DNA of 64,000 nucleotides from an uncultured delta proteobacterium (GCA_963803435.1 CAWDML010000009.1:1120001-1184000), one strand, 5' to 3'; shown: positions 9,154-20,193, numbered from the stretch's first letter. The notes: generated from the sequence alone by a model not told the origin. Program-made: numbers and translations.

Positions 9154-11316
9154 TCAGGGCGTGAACTTGCTGCGCCGTCCGTCGTGACGGAAGCTGGCCC
9201 AGCCGCTCTCGCTCATCCGTCCACCGTTGGTCTTGACCCCGATGATCCGCCGGCTCTGCTCGTTGATGAGGAGAATGCCGTCGTCGCGCAAGAGGGGCAC
9301 GCTCCCCGTGAACGCGCTCTCGACCGTGGAGGTCAGCGTCCATCGGATCGAGCCGTCGGGATTGATCGCCCAGAACTGACTGCCATAGCCGACGTAGGAG
9401 ATGCCGTCGTCGGCGACGGTGGGGTACGGATCGTCGCGATCCTCGTGGCGGGTCTCGTAGAAGTCGCCCGGGAACACGTACGGCAGCGGCGTGGAGCGCA
9501 CGAGATCGCCGGCCGCGTTCAGCTCCACCCAGTCGAGGCCGACGGCGACCGCGCCGTCTTCGCTCGAGCGCATCATCATGACGAAGATACGACCGTCGGC
9601 GCTGATCACCGGATCGGTGCGTGGCACGTACGTGAAGTCGAACTGCGCCGGGAAGTCGAACACGTGGGTGCCGTTGAGGATCTCCACGCCGATCAGCTGA
9701 TACTGCGTTCGGATCACGCCGAGGTTGAGCCCCGTGTGGAGCGACATCTCGTCCGACACGAAGTCCGTCGGCGTCGACCAGACGGTGGCGCCGGTGTTGA
9801 AGTCGAGCGCACCGAAACGGCCGAGGGCCCAGAAGAGCACGCGCGGACCGGCCACCCCCAGGAACTCCGCCCAATCGCCGGAGGTCCGCTCGTGCCGCCA
9901 CAGGATGTTGCCGGTGGCGTCCTCCCGGACCACCACCAGGTTCTGCATGGGCTCCTCCTCGGGCGGGATGGCCTCGTTGAGCGGCCAGACGATCCCGTAG
10001 ATGTGCGAGCCGTCGGGCAACAGCGAGCGCCCGGTCTCGGCGCCGAGATCCTCGATCCGTGACAGCACCGGCACACCGGTTCGATCGAGCACGTACATGG
10101 TGGTCTCGGGTCGATAGCCGTCGTCGGGGAGCTGCCGCACCGCGACCACCACGCGGAGGACATTCGCCGGATCGAGCTGCATCTCGCGGCGGACGTTGCG
10201 GACCAGCACGTGTGAGTCGGGCGGACGGTACGCGAACTCGTAGATGGGCGTGCCGCACTGGTTGAACGCGAAGATGACGTGCGTCAGGCCGGGCGCAGGC
10301 TCGGAGAGGTTCAGGTGGTCGAGCCCGAAGAAGGTCCCGTTCTCGCCGAGGCTCACCTCGCGCCGGTGGAGGAAGGCGCGGTCCTCCCAGGGCGTCAGGT
10401 GGTACTCGAAGACAATCTCGCCCTCGTGGGCGGCCGTGATCAGGGACGAGCCGGTGCAGACGCCGGCGAGGCAGGTGTCGTCGATCGTGCAGGAGTCGTT
10501 GTCGTCGCAGGGGCTGCCGTCCGGCTGGCCGTTGCCCACGCACGCGCCGGCGAGGCAGGCGTCCTGCGTCGTGCAGAGATCACCGTCCTCGCACGGGGTC
10601 CCGCTGGGGAGGTCCTCGTACTGGCAGCCCGCGGCGGCGCAGGCGTCGGCGGTGCACGGGTTGTGGTCGTCGCAGATGTCCGGGTTCTCTTTGTGGATGC
10701 ACTCGCCGTCGGTCTGACGGCAGAGATCCTCGGTGCACATGTTGTGATCGTCGCAGTCCTTCGACTCGCCCAGGCAGACGCCCTGCGAGCAGACGGCGTT
10801 GACCACACACTTGTCGGCGGGCGCGCAGGCCAGGCCGTCGGCGAAGGTGTGGACGCAGTCGTTGAGCGACGTGTCGAAGGCGTCGGTGGTGCAGATGTTC
10901 GCGTCGTCGCAGGGCGGCACCGGGACCGCGCGGAGGACGACCGGGATCCGCAGCTTCGGCTTGTTGGCGGCGTCCGAGACGATGACCAGGGTGGCCGTGT
11001 ATTCGCCGAGCGCGGTGGGCGTGGCCTCGATCAGGAGTACGTCCGAGGTGCTCGGCACCATCGACCGGCGCGGATTGTTGATGATGCGGAAGATCGAGTT
11101 GTCTTCGAGCTGGAAGTCGGAGATCCGCAGCATCACCTCGCCGACGCTGGCGATCGTGAAGGCGCCTTGGGCCCGCACGCCGATCGGGTACTCGCCCATG
11201 TCGAGGGCCAGCGGGACCACGTCGATCTTGGCCTCGAGCGCGACCACACCGGCGCCCTCGCAGTTGCATCCAACCCCGAGCGCGATCGACAGCAGTGTGA
11301 ACAACGTGCGCTTCAT
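9154..11316 (-). CDS. Lipoprotein: Ig-like (choice-of-anchor D type) domain, Cys-rich Dictyostelium-type repeats, PQQ-like beta-propeller
   Basis: Lipobox GVGCNC; repeated CDDxNxCTxDxC; propeller-like W-containing repeats; terminal WASFRHD. Confidence 0.8.
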   Translation of the reverse strand: MKRTLFTLLSIALGVGCNCEGAGVVALEAKIDVVPLALDMGEYPIGVRAQGAFTIASVGEVMLRISDFQLEDNSIFRIINNPRRSMVPSTSDVLLIEATPTALGEYTATLVIVSDAANKPKLRIPVVLRAVPVPPCDDANICTTDAFDTSLNDCVHTFADGLACAPADKCVVNAVCSQGVCLGESKDCDDHNMCTEDLCRQTDGECIHKENPDICDDHNPCTADACAAAGCQYEDLPSGTPCEDGDLCTTQDACLAGACVGNGQPDGSPCDDNDSCTIDDTCLAGVCTGSSLITAAHEGEIVFEYHLTPWEDRAFLHRREVSLGENGTFFGLDHLNLSEPAPGLTHVIFAFNQCGTPIYEFAYRPPDSHVLVRNVRREMQLDPANVLRVVVAVRQLPDDGYRPETTMYVLDRTGVPVLSRIEDLGAETGRSLLPDGSHIYGIVWPLNEAIPPEEEPMQNLVVVREDATGNILWRHERTSGDWAEFLGVAGPRVLFWALGRFGALDFNTGATVWSTPTDFVSDEMSLHTGLNLGVIRTQYQLIGVEILNGTHVFDFPAQFDFTYVPRTDPVISADGRIFVMMMRSSEDGAVAVGLDWVELNAAGDLVRSTPLPYVFPGDFYETRHEDRDDPYPTVADDGISYVGYGSQFWAINPDGSIRWTLTSTVESAFTGSVPLLRDDGILLINEQSRRIIGVKTNGGRMSESGWASFRHDGRRSKFTP

Positions 11317-11325
11317 CGGCGATCC

Positions 11326-13455
11326 TCAGCGGTGACCCGTGGAGAAGTTATCTCGACGATGACGGGGCCATGACGAGATGCCCAGTGGGGCGATCGACTG
11401 TACGCCGAATACCCGACCCCGACCGACAGCGACCACCACGCCGCCGGGCGTGATGGTGAGCGCGACGCCCTCGAGCGCGTCGGGGCCCACTGGGAGGTGG
11501 TACGCAAAGAGGAACTGACCTACGCCGCTGAACGCCCACAGCTTGCCGTTCGCGGTGGTGACGAAGACGTTGTGCTGGAGATCGACCACCGGCGACATAC
11601 GGGCCGCGGCCGCCGAGAGATCGACGGACCAGGTCTCGGCGCCGGTGGTCGCCGTGATCGACATCAGGCGATAGGCGGCCTCCGAGACCAGCCCCAGGCC
11701 GTTGTCGGGATCGCTCGCGCGGGCCTCCACGAACACGATCTGGTCGCCGTTGACCACCGGCGAGCCGCGCTCGAGGAGAAGCGGGTTCTCCGGGGGTGTC
11801 CGCAAGATGGTGGGCGCCCCGGTCCGGCCGATCGAGAGGAGCCCGGCCGTCCACAGCACCTCGCTCTGCCTGCCGAGGCCCACCTCTGTATGACCCGCGA
11901 AGACGCTGCTGGAGGACCACGTGGTGTCGGGGAGGCCGTCGATTCCGAAGCGGATCACCTGCTCTTCGTGGAGACCCTTGTCGGGTCGACCGTCGCTGAC
12001 GACGGCGATGACGGCCTCGTCGTTGTCCACCGCGAGCCGGCTGGAGAAGCGAGGCCCGAGATCTCGAAACTGCGTGGCGACGGTGTGGGTGCGATCGATC
12101 TCGGCGATGAGGCCCTGGAGCACCTCGGTGCGATCGCCGAGCGTCTCGAGGATGACCGACGCCACCAGGGCGCCCGAGGCCCGGACCGCCAGGTCGAGGA
12201 CGCGGACGGAGGTGCTGGCCGTCGAGGAGGTCGGGACGTGCGCGAACAGGACGCTGAGATCGACGCGCTTGATCACCGCGCCGGTGATGGTGTCCACGTC
12301 GAGCACATCGCGGCCCGCGGGGACGCTCAGCACGCCGGGCAGCGAGACGGCGCCGCTGAAGCGGGCTCCGGGGAGCTCGGTGTTCGACCAGAGCAACGCG
12401 CCGCACTGATCGATCGCCGCGACGCCGTCCTCGATCCCCACGTAGGCCGTGCTGTCGCGATCGAGGATCACGTTCTGACCCGCGCCCGCCTGGGTGGGGC
12501 CGATCTCGGTGGCGAACTTGAGGTCGCCGAACCCAGGCCGGACGTAGCTCGGATCGAGGCAGGTGCCCGCGATGCACTGATCGTCGAGCGAGCACGGATC
12601 CGCGTCGTCGCACTCGGTCCCGTCCGGGACGGTCACGCCGATGCAGTGACCGAGAAGGCAGATGTCTGCCAGCGTGCATTGCTCGAGATCGTCGCAGGGC
12701 GTGCCGTCGGGGAGGTTCTCGCTGGAGCAGCCGCCCGAGGCATTGCAGGCGTCGGCGGTGCAAGGATTCCCGTCGTCGCACGCGGCGGTCAGCACATTCT
12801 GGCAGCCGGTCTCGCGGTTGCAGAGATCGTCGGTGCAGATGTCGCCGTCGTCGCAGGAGAGGCTCTCGCCGCGGCAGACGCCGTCCACGCAGGTGTCGTT
12901 GGTGGTGCAGGCGTCGAAGTCGTCGCAGGGGAGGCGGGCGGCCTCGTGCTCACAGCGACCGGTGTCGATGTTGAACGTGTCGAGCGTGCAGCCGTTGCCA
13001 TCCTCGCAGTCGGGAGGGACGACGCCCTCGGCGGTCAGGGCGATCTCGAGGACGCTGTTCTGCTTGGCGTCGCTCAGGATGACCAGCGTCGGCGTCCGGA
13101 CCCCGGCGACCTCGGGACGGAAGACGACGGTGATCTCGACGGCGCCGTTGGCCGGGATCGTCGCGACGGCCGGCCCCGCCGAGAATCCGAAGGCGTCGCC
13201 GTCGAAGGCCGACTGGTAGTCGACCGAGATCTCGCCGGGCGCGGAGAGAAGGAACGAGCGACGCGCGCTGGAGCCGAGGAAGACGCGTCCGAAGTCGAGG
13301 TGATCGACGTCGGCCGCGAGCCGCGAGCTCCCGCCGACAATCGTCCCGTCATCGCAGGTGCATCCGCTCGCGACGAGCAGGAAGAGGAGCGCATGGGTTC
13401 CTCGGCTCGACCGCAACGGCGAATATGGTTGCACATCCGGGGCCCCTATCTCCAC
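11326..13455 (-). CDS. Paralogous lipoprotein: Ig-like domain, Cys-rich repeats, beta-propeller
   Basis: Lipobox ASGCTC; LDFGRV Ig start; CDDGNPCTADAC repeats; terminal WPRHRRD; start codon uncertain. Confidence 0.8.
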   Translation of the reverse strand: MEIGAPDVQPYSPLRSSRGTHALLFLLVASGCTCDDGTIVGGSSRLAADVDHLDFGRVFLGSSARRSFLLSAPGEISVDYQSAFDGDAFGFSAGPAVATIPANGAVEITVVFRPEVAGVRTPTLVILSDAKQNSVLEIALTAEGVVPPDCEDGNGCTLDTFNIDTGRCEHEAARLPCDDFDACTTNDTCVDGVCRGESLSCDDGDICTDDLCNRETGCQNVLTAACDDGNPCTADACNASGGCSSENLPDGTPCDDLEQCTLADICLLGHCIGVTVPDGTECDDADPCSLDDQCIAGTCLDPSYVRPGFGDLKFATEIGPTQAGAGQNVILDRDSTAYVGIEDGVAAIDQCGALLWSNTELPGARFSGAVSLPGVLSVPAGRDVLDVDTITGAVIKRVDLSVLFAHVPTSSTASTSVRVLDLAVRASGALVASVILETLGDRTEVLQGLIAEIDRTHTVATQFRDLGPRFSSRLAVDNDEAVIAVVSDGRPDKGLHEEQVIRFGIDGLPDTTWSSSSVFAGHTEVGLGRQSEVLWTAGLLSIGRTGAPTILRTPPENPLLLERGSPVVNGDQIVFVEARASDPDNGLGLVSEAAYRLMSITATTGAETWSVDLSAAAARMSPVVDLQHNVFVTTANGKLWAFSGVGQFLFAYHLPVGPDALEGVALTITPGGVVVAVGRGRVFGVQSIAPLGISSWPRHRRDNFSTGHR

Positions 13456-13528
13456 CTGGCCAAAGGAGGGCTCCGGCGCCGGAAATCTGGGCTCGACGTC
13501 AGGATTCTAACGAAGGGGCGGGCAGCAC

Positions 13529-13945
13529 CTATTTGGCGGTGGTCTGGCGGAGCCTCCGGGTCAGCACCTTGATGATTCCCTGCGCGATCTCGGTCTTCTC
13601 GTTCATGACGTCGTAGAAGTCCTCGCGTTCGATCTTGAGAGCGTTGACCGCGCTTTTCGCGCGAACGGTGGCGCTTCGGGGCTCCGAGTCGAGGATCGCC
13701 ATCTCGCCCACGCACTCCCGTTCGCCGAGCTCCACGACCAGACGGTCGCCCTTGAAGACCTCCACGTTGCCGTCGACGATGAGGTAGAGCGAGTCGCCGA
13801 GCTCACCCTCCGCCATGACCGTCTCCTTGGGCTCGAAGGCGATCTCCTCCGCGATCTGCGCCACACGGAGGAGGTCTTCGCCGGGGATCTGGCTGAACAG
13901 GTCGATCGATTTGAGGAAGAGGACCTTCTCGACCGTCGAGATCAA
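13529..13945 (-). CDS. Stand-alone cyclic-nucleotide-binding domain protein
   Basis: EGELGDSLYLIVDG..GEMAILDSEPRSATV phosphate-binding cassette; no HTH domain. Confidence 0.88.
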   Translation of the reverse strand: MISTVEKVLFLKSIDLFSQIPGEDLLRVAQIAEEIAFEPKETVMAEGELGDSLYLIVDGNVEVFKGDRLVVELGERECVGEMAILDSEPRSATVRAKSAVNALKIEREDFYDVMNEKTEIAQGIIKVLTRRLRQTTAK

Positions 13946-13966
13946 CCAGCGCGGCGTATCACGGGT

Positions 13967-16430
13967 TCAGCGGACGGCAAAGACGTAGCGGCCCTTCCGC
14001 GCGCGGGTCGCGCCGCGGCCGGGCCGAACCTCGAGCTGGTAGACGCCCTGCGTCAGGATCATGGCCGCGCCCGCGAGCAGCGGACAGCCCATACCCCCGT
14101 TGTCGTCCGTGGCCAGGAGCGTCCCGGCGGAGTCGGTCAGAACGAGCGATGCGTCGAGGTCGCAGCCTCCGGACCCCGGCGCCTCCAGGAGGATCGCGCG
14201 CGGGCCCACGTCGCCGGGACCGATCGTGAATCGAAACACGTCGACATCGTCGTACGCGAGGAACCCGCGCACAGGCGTGTCGAGCGGGATCGAGGCAGGG
14301 CTCAGGTCGTTCGGCTCTTGCTCGGTCAGCCCTTCGACGCGACATGAAGCGTTGCATCCGTCCCCCGAGACCAGGTTGGCGTCGTCGCACTCCTCGACGA
14401 GGTCGACGATGCCGTCGCTGCAGAAGCCGGTCCGCGACGTGAACTGGAGCTGATAGCTCCGCTGGACCGTCGACGAGGTTGCCGTGGGCCGCCTCACCGC
14501 GACGAAGAGCGGCGGCACCAGACCGGTCAGGATCGGGGCGCTGATCGCGTCGGCGGCGGCGCAGGTGCCCGGGTTGTCGACCACCAGCTTGGGACCGAGC
14601 AGACCGAGGTCTGCGTCCCCTTCGTAGACCTCGAACGCCACGCCGTCGGCGCAGCCGGTGGCCGGAGTGGTGTTGAGCGTGATCCGATCGCCGAGCGAGG
14701 GATCGATCTCGAACAGATCGACGTCGTCTCCGGAGACGAGATCCTGCCACCGAGCCGGGGAAGGTGAAGTAGGGGCCGCCCGCGAGCGCCTCGATGTCGT
14801 TGGGCTCGGTCTCGAGCGGCCCGAGCGCCCCTTCGATGACCTGGACGCCGATCGACGTGGAGGTGATCGTGAAGTCGTTGCTCGCGGAGATGAAGGCGGT
14901 GTCGACGCCGAGGATGGTGGTGGTCAGACGGGTGCTCCCGTTCAAGGGGATGTTGACGCTGTTGCCGAAGGTGAGCCGGGCGGAGTCGGCGCCCGCGGTG
15001 GTCCAGCTGAAGACCACGGGGCGGCCGGTCCGCACCACCGGGACGTCCGCCGAGAAGCTCAGGATCTCGGGCGGGCCCAGCGAGCGAAGCGCGACGTAGG
15101 CGACCGTCACGCCGCGGGCGTTCCCGGCCGCGCCGCGCAGCGTGACGTCGCCCTGAGGCTGGTAGGAGGCGCTGCCCGAGAGCCCCGGGGTCGACAGCAC
15201 GGCGGCGCCGTCGTCGGTGGTGATGTCGAAGCGGTCCGCGTTCGTGATGTTCCAGGTGACCTCGGTGCTCTCGCCGGGCGCGACGAACGGCTGGGGTCGC
15301 GCGAAGAAGCCGCCGATCGCGGGCAGGTCGGGACTGACCGTGAGGATCCGCGTGGCCCGCTGTTCGTGCTGGGCGAAACGATCGTCCGCGACCAGCTCCA
15401 GCGTGATCAGATCGTTCGGGACCGAGGCGAGGACATAGCTTCCGGACGCCGAGGCGGACACCACGAGGGGAGAGCCGTTGACCCACAGCTGCACGCGATC
15501 GGCGAACCGGGTCTGCCACGACGCGATCACGTCGCCGCCGGGTCCGGTGATGGTCGGCGTGATGGTGAAGGAGAGGATCTCCGGCTCCGTCGGCGGCAGG
15601 ATGAACGCGGTCGCGGTCTCCACGATGGTCCCGACGTCGTTGGTCGCCTCCAGCAGATAGGTATGAGTGCCGCTGCTCGGCTCCAGGGGGAGGAAGCCAC
15701 TCGTGTTGGCGGGCTCGTCCTGAAACAGGACGATCGACGAGGTGCCGGTCATCTCGAGGAGGCGGACGCGCTCGGTGCGGACGACGGCCCAGGCCAGCCC
15801 GATGGGATCGCCGAGCGCCGCCACCGACGGCTCGGCCGAGAAGGTGTCGATGCGCGGGCCCTCCGGGTTCGCGTGGACGGTGCGTGCCGCGAGCTTGGGC
15901 TCGGGCCAGCCCTCGGCGGTGAGCATGACGGTCACGTCGCGTTCGGGGCGGAAGACCAGCGTGCCTGCGTCGGGGCCGACATCGATCAACATCTGTCCGG
16001 TGCTCAAGCGGATGACGACCCGGGTCGCGTTCGCGGTACGCCAGACGAGACGGACCGGATCGCCGGCAGCCACGAGCGTCGGCGTCGCCTCGAAGCGGAG
16101 GATCTCGACCTCGCTCAGGTCCTGGACGCGGGCCTCGGCGCGGGCGTGGACCGTCCCGCCGGGGCCGCTGGCCTCGAGGTCGAAGGTGGTGGGCTGGTCG
16201 AGCGTGACCTCGAGGGACCCCTCGGGCTCGACGGCCTGGGGCGCGGCGGCGCCGCTGAGGACGACGCGGTCGGCGCCGGCGACCCGCCACTCGATGGTGG
16301 CGCGCTGTCCCGGCCGGAGCTCGAAGGGGGAGACCTGGAAGCGCTCGATGACGGGAGGTCCGGGCGGATAGTCGAACCCGGGGATGGAGCATCCCAAGAG
16401 CGTCGTCACGAGAAGGATCGCTCGCCTCAT
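13967..16430 (-). CDS. Lipoprotein with tandem Ig-like repeats, Cys repeat (DUF4215-like) and PPC-like domains; frameshift at ~14740
   Basis: MRRAILLVTTLLGC lipobox; repeated I..F.A.P..V..G..V.L.W units; ETEPND and EQEPND; EECDDANLVSGDGCNASC; reading continues LVSGDDVDLFEID in the frame of ORF 13967..14641. Confidence 0.75.
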
Positions 16431-16434
16431 CGGA

Positions 16435-17655
16435 TCACTCCGCCGCCTTGGGGGCCTCCATCGAGGCGGTCTCGCGGACCTCGTCGACTGCCATCGCCGG
16501 CGCACGCTGCTCGGTGGTCGGAGCCGGCGACGCGTCGTCGAGGGCACGCGCGTGGAGGAACTTGAAGACCGTGACCACCACGCTGGCGATGGGGACCGCG
16601 AAGAGCGCGCCCGGCAGGCCCGCGGTGCGCTCGCCGATGATCAGCGCGAAGACGATGACGACCGGGTGGATCTTGGCGGCGTCGCCCATGATCTTCGGAT
16701 TGAGGAAGTTGGCCTCCAGCAGGTGGATGCCGACCACCCACAGCAGCGCAAAGATGCCCTTGGCGAAGCTGTCGGTGAGCGCCATCGTCACGATGGGGAT
16801 GGTGGACAGGATCGAGCCGAAGATCGGGATCAGCGAGAAGATCGACGCAACCGAGGCGAGGATGAGGGGCAACTTCACGTCGAGGACCCAGAGTCCGATG
16901 AACGTGAGCAGGCCGTTGGTGAGGCAGATGATGACCTGGCCGCGCACCACGCCCGCGAGCCCCACGGCCATGCCCTTGACCACGGTGTTGTAGGCCGACT
17001 GGTACTCGGGCGGCACCAGCGAGAAGAAGAAGCGCTCGATACGGGCGCGATCCATGCTGATGAACGCGGTCAGCATCAGCACCAGGAAGGTGCCGAAGAT
17101 GGCGGTGAACGCGCTGCCGAGGATGTCGGCCACCAGTCCGACCACCTTGCCCGCGTTGTCGCTGAAATCGTCGGCGGCCTTGACCAGGCTGCCCTGCTCG
17201 ATGAGCTCCTGCTGGATCTTCTTGCGGTCGAACGGGAGGTGGTTCTGGTCGGCGAACTCCTCGACGGTATCGAGGATGCGCCCACTCATGGCGCGAGCGT
17301 CGGCCACCACGGTCTGGCGGACCTTCGCCAGGCCGGCGAGCTCGCGACCGACCTGCTGCGTGGTCCACGTGCCGAAGAGAGAGAAGAGGCAGAGGAGCAC
17401 CAGATAGATGCCGATGATGGCGAACACGCGGGGCACGGTCCGTCCCCGGACGCGAAGCGTGGACAGGAGGTCGACCAGCGGCTCCAGGATGAAGGCGAGG
17501 AGCACAGCCACGCCGAAGGGGAGGAGGGCTTCCTTGAAGCGGAAGAGGACCCCACCGATGAACAACCAGAGGCAGGTCAGGACCAGCGTCCGCCGCACGG
17601 CGCGGTTGCGCATCCAGGTGATCCACCTCGGCTCGTTGGGATCGGGAGGGAACAC
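16435..17655 (-). CDS. AI-2E family transporter
   Basis: LLAFILEPLV, GVVRGQVIICL, IPIFG, LEANFLNPKIMG and GALFAVPIA motifs. Confidence 0.88.
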   Translation of the reverse strand: MFPPDPNEPRWITWMRNRAVRRTLVLTCLWLFIGGVLFRFKEALLPFGVAVLLAFILEPLVDLLSTLRVRGRTVPRVFAIIGIYLVLLCLFSLFGTWTTQQVGRELAGLAKVRQTVVADARAMSGRILDTVEEFADQNHLPFDRKKIQQELIEQGSLVKAADDFSDNAGKVVGLVADILGSAFTAIFGTFLVLMLTAFISMDRARIERFFFSLVPPEYQSAYNTVVKGMAVGLAGVVRGQVIICLTNGLLTFIGLWVLDVKLPLILASVASIFSLIPIFGSILSTIPIVTMALTDSFAKGIFALLWVVGIHLLEANFLNPKIMGDAAKIHPVVIVFALIIGERTAGLPGALFAVPIASVVVTVFKFLHARALDDASPAPTTEQRAPAMAVDEVRETASMEAPKAAE

Positions 17656-17790
17656 CGAGCGGTGTCGTTATCCCACGAATCGCGCGACCGGGTCTCTCAC
17701 GCCCCGGCTGCCACTCATGGTTTCTACGCATGTCCTCGGAACGGCGGGTTCGCTTGCAGGCCAACGATCGACGGGTCAATCTCCAAATCC

Positions 17791-20193
17791 GTGCCGGGCG
17801 GCAACTCGAGTCCCATCCTGCTGGCGCTCGTCGCCCTCGCCACCGCGACCGGCGGCGACGCGTCGATCGCGGTCCGCGTCTCCACCGAACCGAGCGTCCT
17901 GGCGGTGGGTGAGCAGGGCCGCCTCGCCCTCGACATCGACGTCCCTGCGGGCTGGCACCTGTGGTCGCTGGATCCGGGACCTGGCCCGCAGGCGCTGACG
18001 ATCGAGGCGAGCGGGGCGGTCGAGCTCGTCGGCGAGCTTCGCGGCGACGCCCCGGTGGAGCACCTCGATCGCGGCTTTCAACGGAAGCTGTTCTCGTACG
18101 AAGGACCCACCGTCCACATCGAGCGCGCGTTCCGGGTGACGGGGAGCGAGCCCTCCGAGGTGGTGGTCCGCGGGCAGATCTGCACCGAGTCCCAGTGCCT
18201 GAGCCAGAAGCAGGTCGTCCCCCTGGTGCTGGCGGTGTCCGAGGAGCCGACCCGCGCCGGTCCACCGGTCCTGGCCGGCGCGATCCTCACGGTCCGGAGC
18301 GCCGGCGCGAAGACGCCGCCGGCGGTGATCGCGTCCGCGAGGCCGACCTCCCTCGACCAGGCGAAGCAGAAGGGCGTCCTCTCCTTTCTCCTCTTGGCGT
18401 TCGCCTTCGGGCTGGGCGCGCTGGTCACGCCCTGCGTGTTCCCGGCGATCCCGCTGACGGTCTCGTTCTTCTCGAAGTACTCCGAGGAGAGCTTCGGGCG
18501 CGGCGCGCGCCTGGCCGCCGTCTACGCCGCGACGATGGTCGGCGCCTTCACGGTGGCCGGGGTCGCGATCTCGATCCTGTTCGGCGTGACCGGGATCCAG
18601 CAGTTCGCCGCCCATCCCCTCTTCAACGTCATCCTGGCGGTGATCCTCTCCTTCTTCGCGCTGAACCTGCTGGGCCTGTTCGAGATCCGGGTGCCGGGCT
18701 TCCTGCTGAGCGGCGTCAACAAACTGGAGCAGAAGTTCGGCCGCGCGGCGCAGATGACCGGCCAGCAGCGGACCGGAGGGATCACGGACTATCTGGTCGT
18801 CAGCATCGCGGCGCTCACCGCCACCACGGTGTTCTTCACCTGTACCGTCGCGTTCGTGGGTCTGGTGCTGGTGGCGGCCGCCAGCGGCGAGTGGTTCTGG
18901 CCGACGCTGGGGATGCTCGCCTTCTCCTCGGCGTTCGCGCTGCCGTTCTTCCTGCTGGCGATGTTCCCGCAGGCGGCGCGCCGCCTCCAGAGCCGGGGCG
19001 GCAACTGGCTCTCCGCCACGCGCGTGACCCTCGGGTTCCTCGAGCTGGCGGCGGCCTTCAAGTTCCTCTCGAACGCCGATCTGGTGTGGCGGTGGGCGCT
19101 GATCACCCGGCCCGCGGTGCTGGCGATCTGGGTGCCGCTCTTCGCGCTGTGCGGCCTCTATCTCCTCGGCAAGCTCAAGATCGGCGAGGAGCACGTCTCC
19201 GAGGGCGATCGAACCTCCATCGGTCAGATGCTGGCCGCCACCGTGATGTTCTCGCTGTCGCTCTACCTGGCGGTGGGGCTGTTCAACGGGCGTCCCTTCG
19301 GCGGCTGGATCGACGGCTGGCTCCCGCCGGTGATGTATCCGGGCAACGAGATCGCCGCCGGCGAGGCGGGACTCGAGTGGCTCCACTCGCTCGAGGACGG
19401 CCGCCATCAGGCGCACGACGACGGGACGCTCGTGTTCGTCAACTACACCGGCTACACCTGCACCAACTGCCGATACATGGAGGGCGGCGTGTTTCCGCGC
19501 CCGGAGATCTCCAAGCTGCTCCGCGGCATGACGCTGGTCGAGCTCTACACCGACGGCGGGACCGACGAGCAGGACCAGAACCGCCTCGATCAGATCGCGC
19601 GCTTCGGTACCGCCGCGCTTCCGCTGTACGCGGTCGAGTGTGCGAACGGGACGGTGATCGCCAGCTTCCCCAGCTCGACCAACGACCCGGAGGAGTTCAG
19701 GAGCTTCTTGGCGGAGGCGATCGCCGACGCCCAGTGCGACACCCTGACGCTCACCACCACGCGTCTGTCCGACGGCGCGCCCGCTCCCGCGATCGCACCC
19801 GGCAAGTGGAGCCTGGTGAACTTCTGGGCCACCTGGTGCGGGCCCTGCAAGAGCGAGCTCGAGGGCTTCCTGGCGCAGATGGGGAACGAGCTGGTCGCGC
19901 GCGGCGGGCAGTTCGCGACGATCGCGGTGCAGGCGGACGACGAGGTCCCCGAGGCCAAGTCGTTCATGGACAAGCTGGCGATTCCGCCCGAGCGCGCGCT
20001 GCGCCTCCCGTCGGAGGTCACGTCCCGCGAGGTCGACCCTCGCCTCGGATACGAGGGCACGCTCCCGTTCACTGTGCTCGTCTCACCCGAGGGCGAGGTG
20101 GTCTGGAAGCGGAGCGGGTCCGTCGAGCAACGCACGCTCCAGTCGGTGCTGATCGAGCACACCGGTTATGCTCAGGTCGGCCTTGGCCGTTAG
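17791..20193 (+). CDS. dsbD: DsbD-like thiol:disulfide interchange protein with an extra TlpA-like thioredoxin domain
   Basis: Alpha domain ICTESQC; TM domain TPCVFPAIP and FTCT; thioredoxin YTCTNC; second thioredoxin NFWATWCGPC; start approximate. Confidence 0.85.
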   Translation: MPGGNSSPILLALVALATATGGDASIAVRVSTEPSVLAVGEQGRLALDIDVPAGWHLWSLDPGPGPQALTIEASGAVELVGELRGDAPVEHLDRGFQRKLFSYEGPTVHIERAFRVTGSEPSEVVVRGQICTESQCLSQKQVVPLVLAVSEEPTRAGPPVLAGAILTVRSAGAKTPPAVIASARPTSLDQAKQKGVLSFLLLAFAFGLGALVTPCVFPAIPLTVSFFSKYSEESFGRGARLAAVYAATMVGAFTVAGVAISILFGVTGIQQFAAHPLFNVILAVILSFFALNLLGLFEIRVPGFLLSGVNKLEQKFGRAAQMTGQQRTGGITDYLVVSIAALTATTVFFTCTVAFVGLVLVAAASGEWFWPTLGMLAFSSAFALPFFLLAMFPQAARRLQSRGGNWLSATRVTLGFLELAAAFKFLSNADLVWRWALITRPAVLAIWVPLFALCGLYLLGKLKIGEEHVSEGDRTSIGQMLAATVMFSLSLYLAVGLFNGRPFGGWIDGWLPPVMYPGNEIAAGEAGLEWLHSLEDGRHQAHDDGTLVFVNYTGYTCTNCRYMEGGVFPRPEISKLLRGMTLVELYTDGGTDEQDQNRLDQIARFGTAALPLYAVECANGTVIASFPSSTNDPEEFRSFLAEAIADAQCDTLTLTTTRLSDGAPAPAIAPGKWSLVNFWATWCGPCKSELEGFLAQMGNELVARGGQFATIAVQADDEVPEAKSFMDKLAIPPERALRLPSEVTSREVDPRLGYEGTLPFTVLVSPEGEVVWKRSGSVEQRTLQSVLIEHTGYAQVGLGR

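Noticed and set aside
10440-13010. Repeated gtcgtcgcag-like DNA units as a CRISPR or tandem array
   Set aside because: They are degenerate, in-frame codons of CDD Cys-rich protein repeats; no fixed repeat-spacer structure and no cas genes
16384-17790. 469-aa N-terminal extension of the DsbD ORF
   Set aside because: It is antisense to the AI-2E gene; the signal peptide starts near 17791
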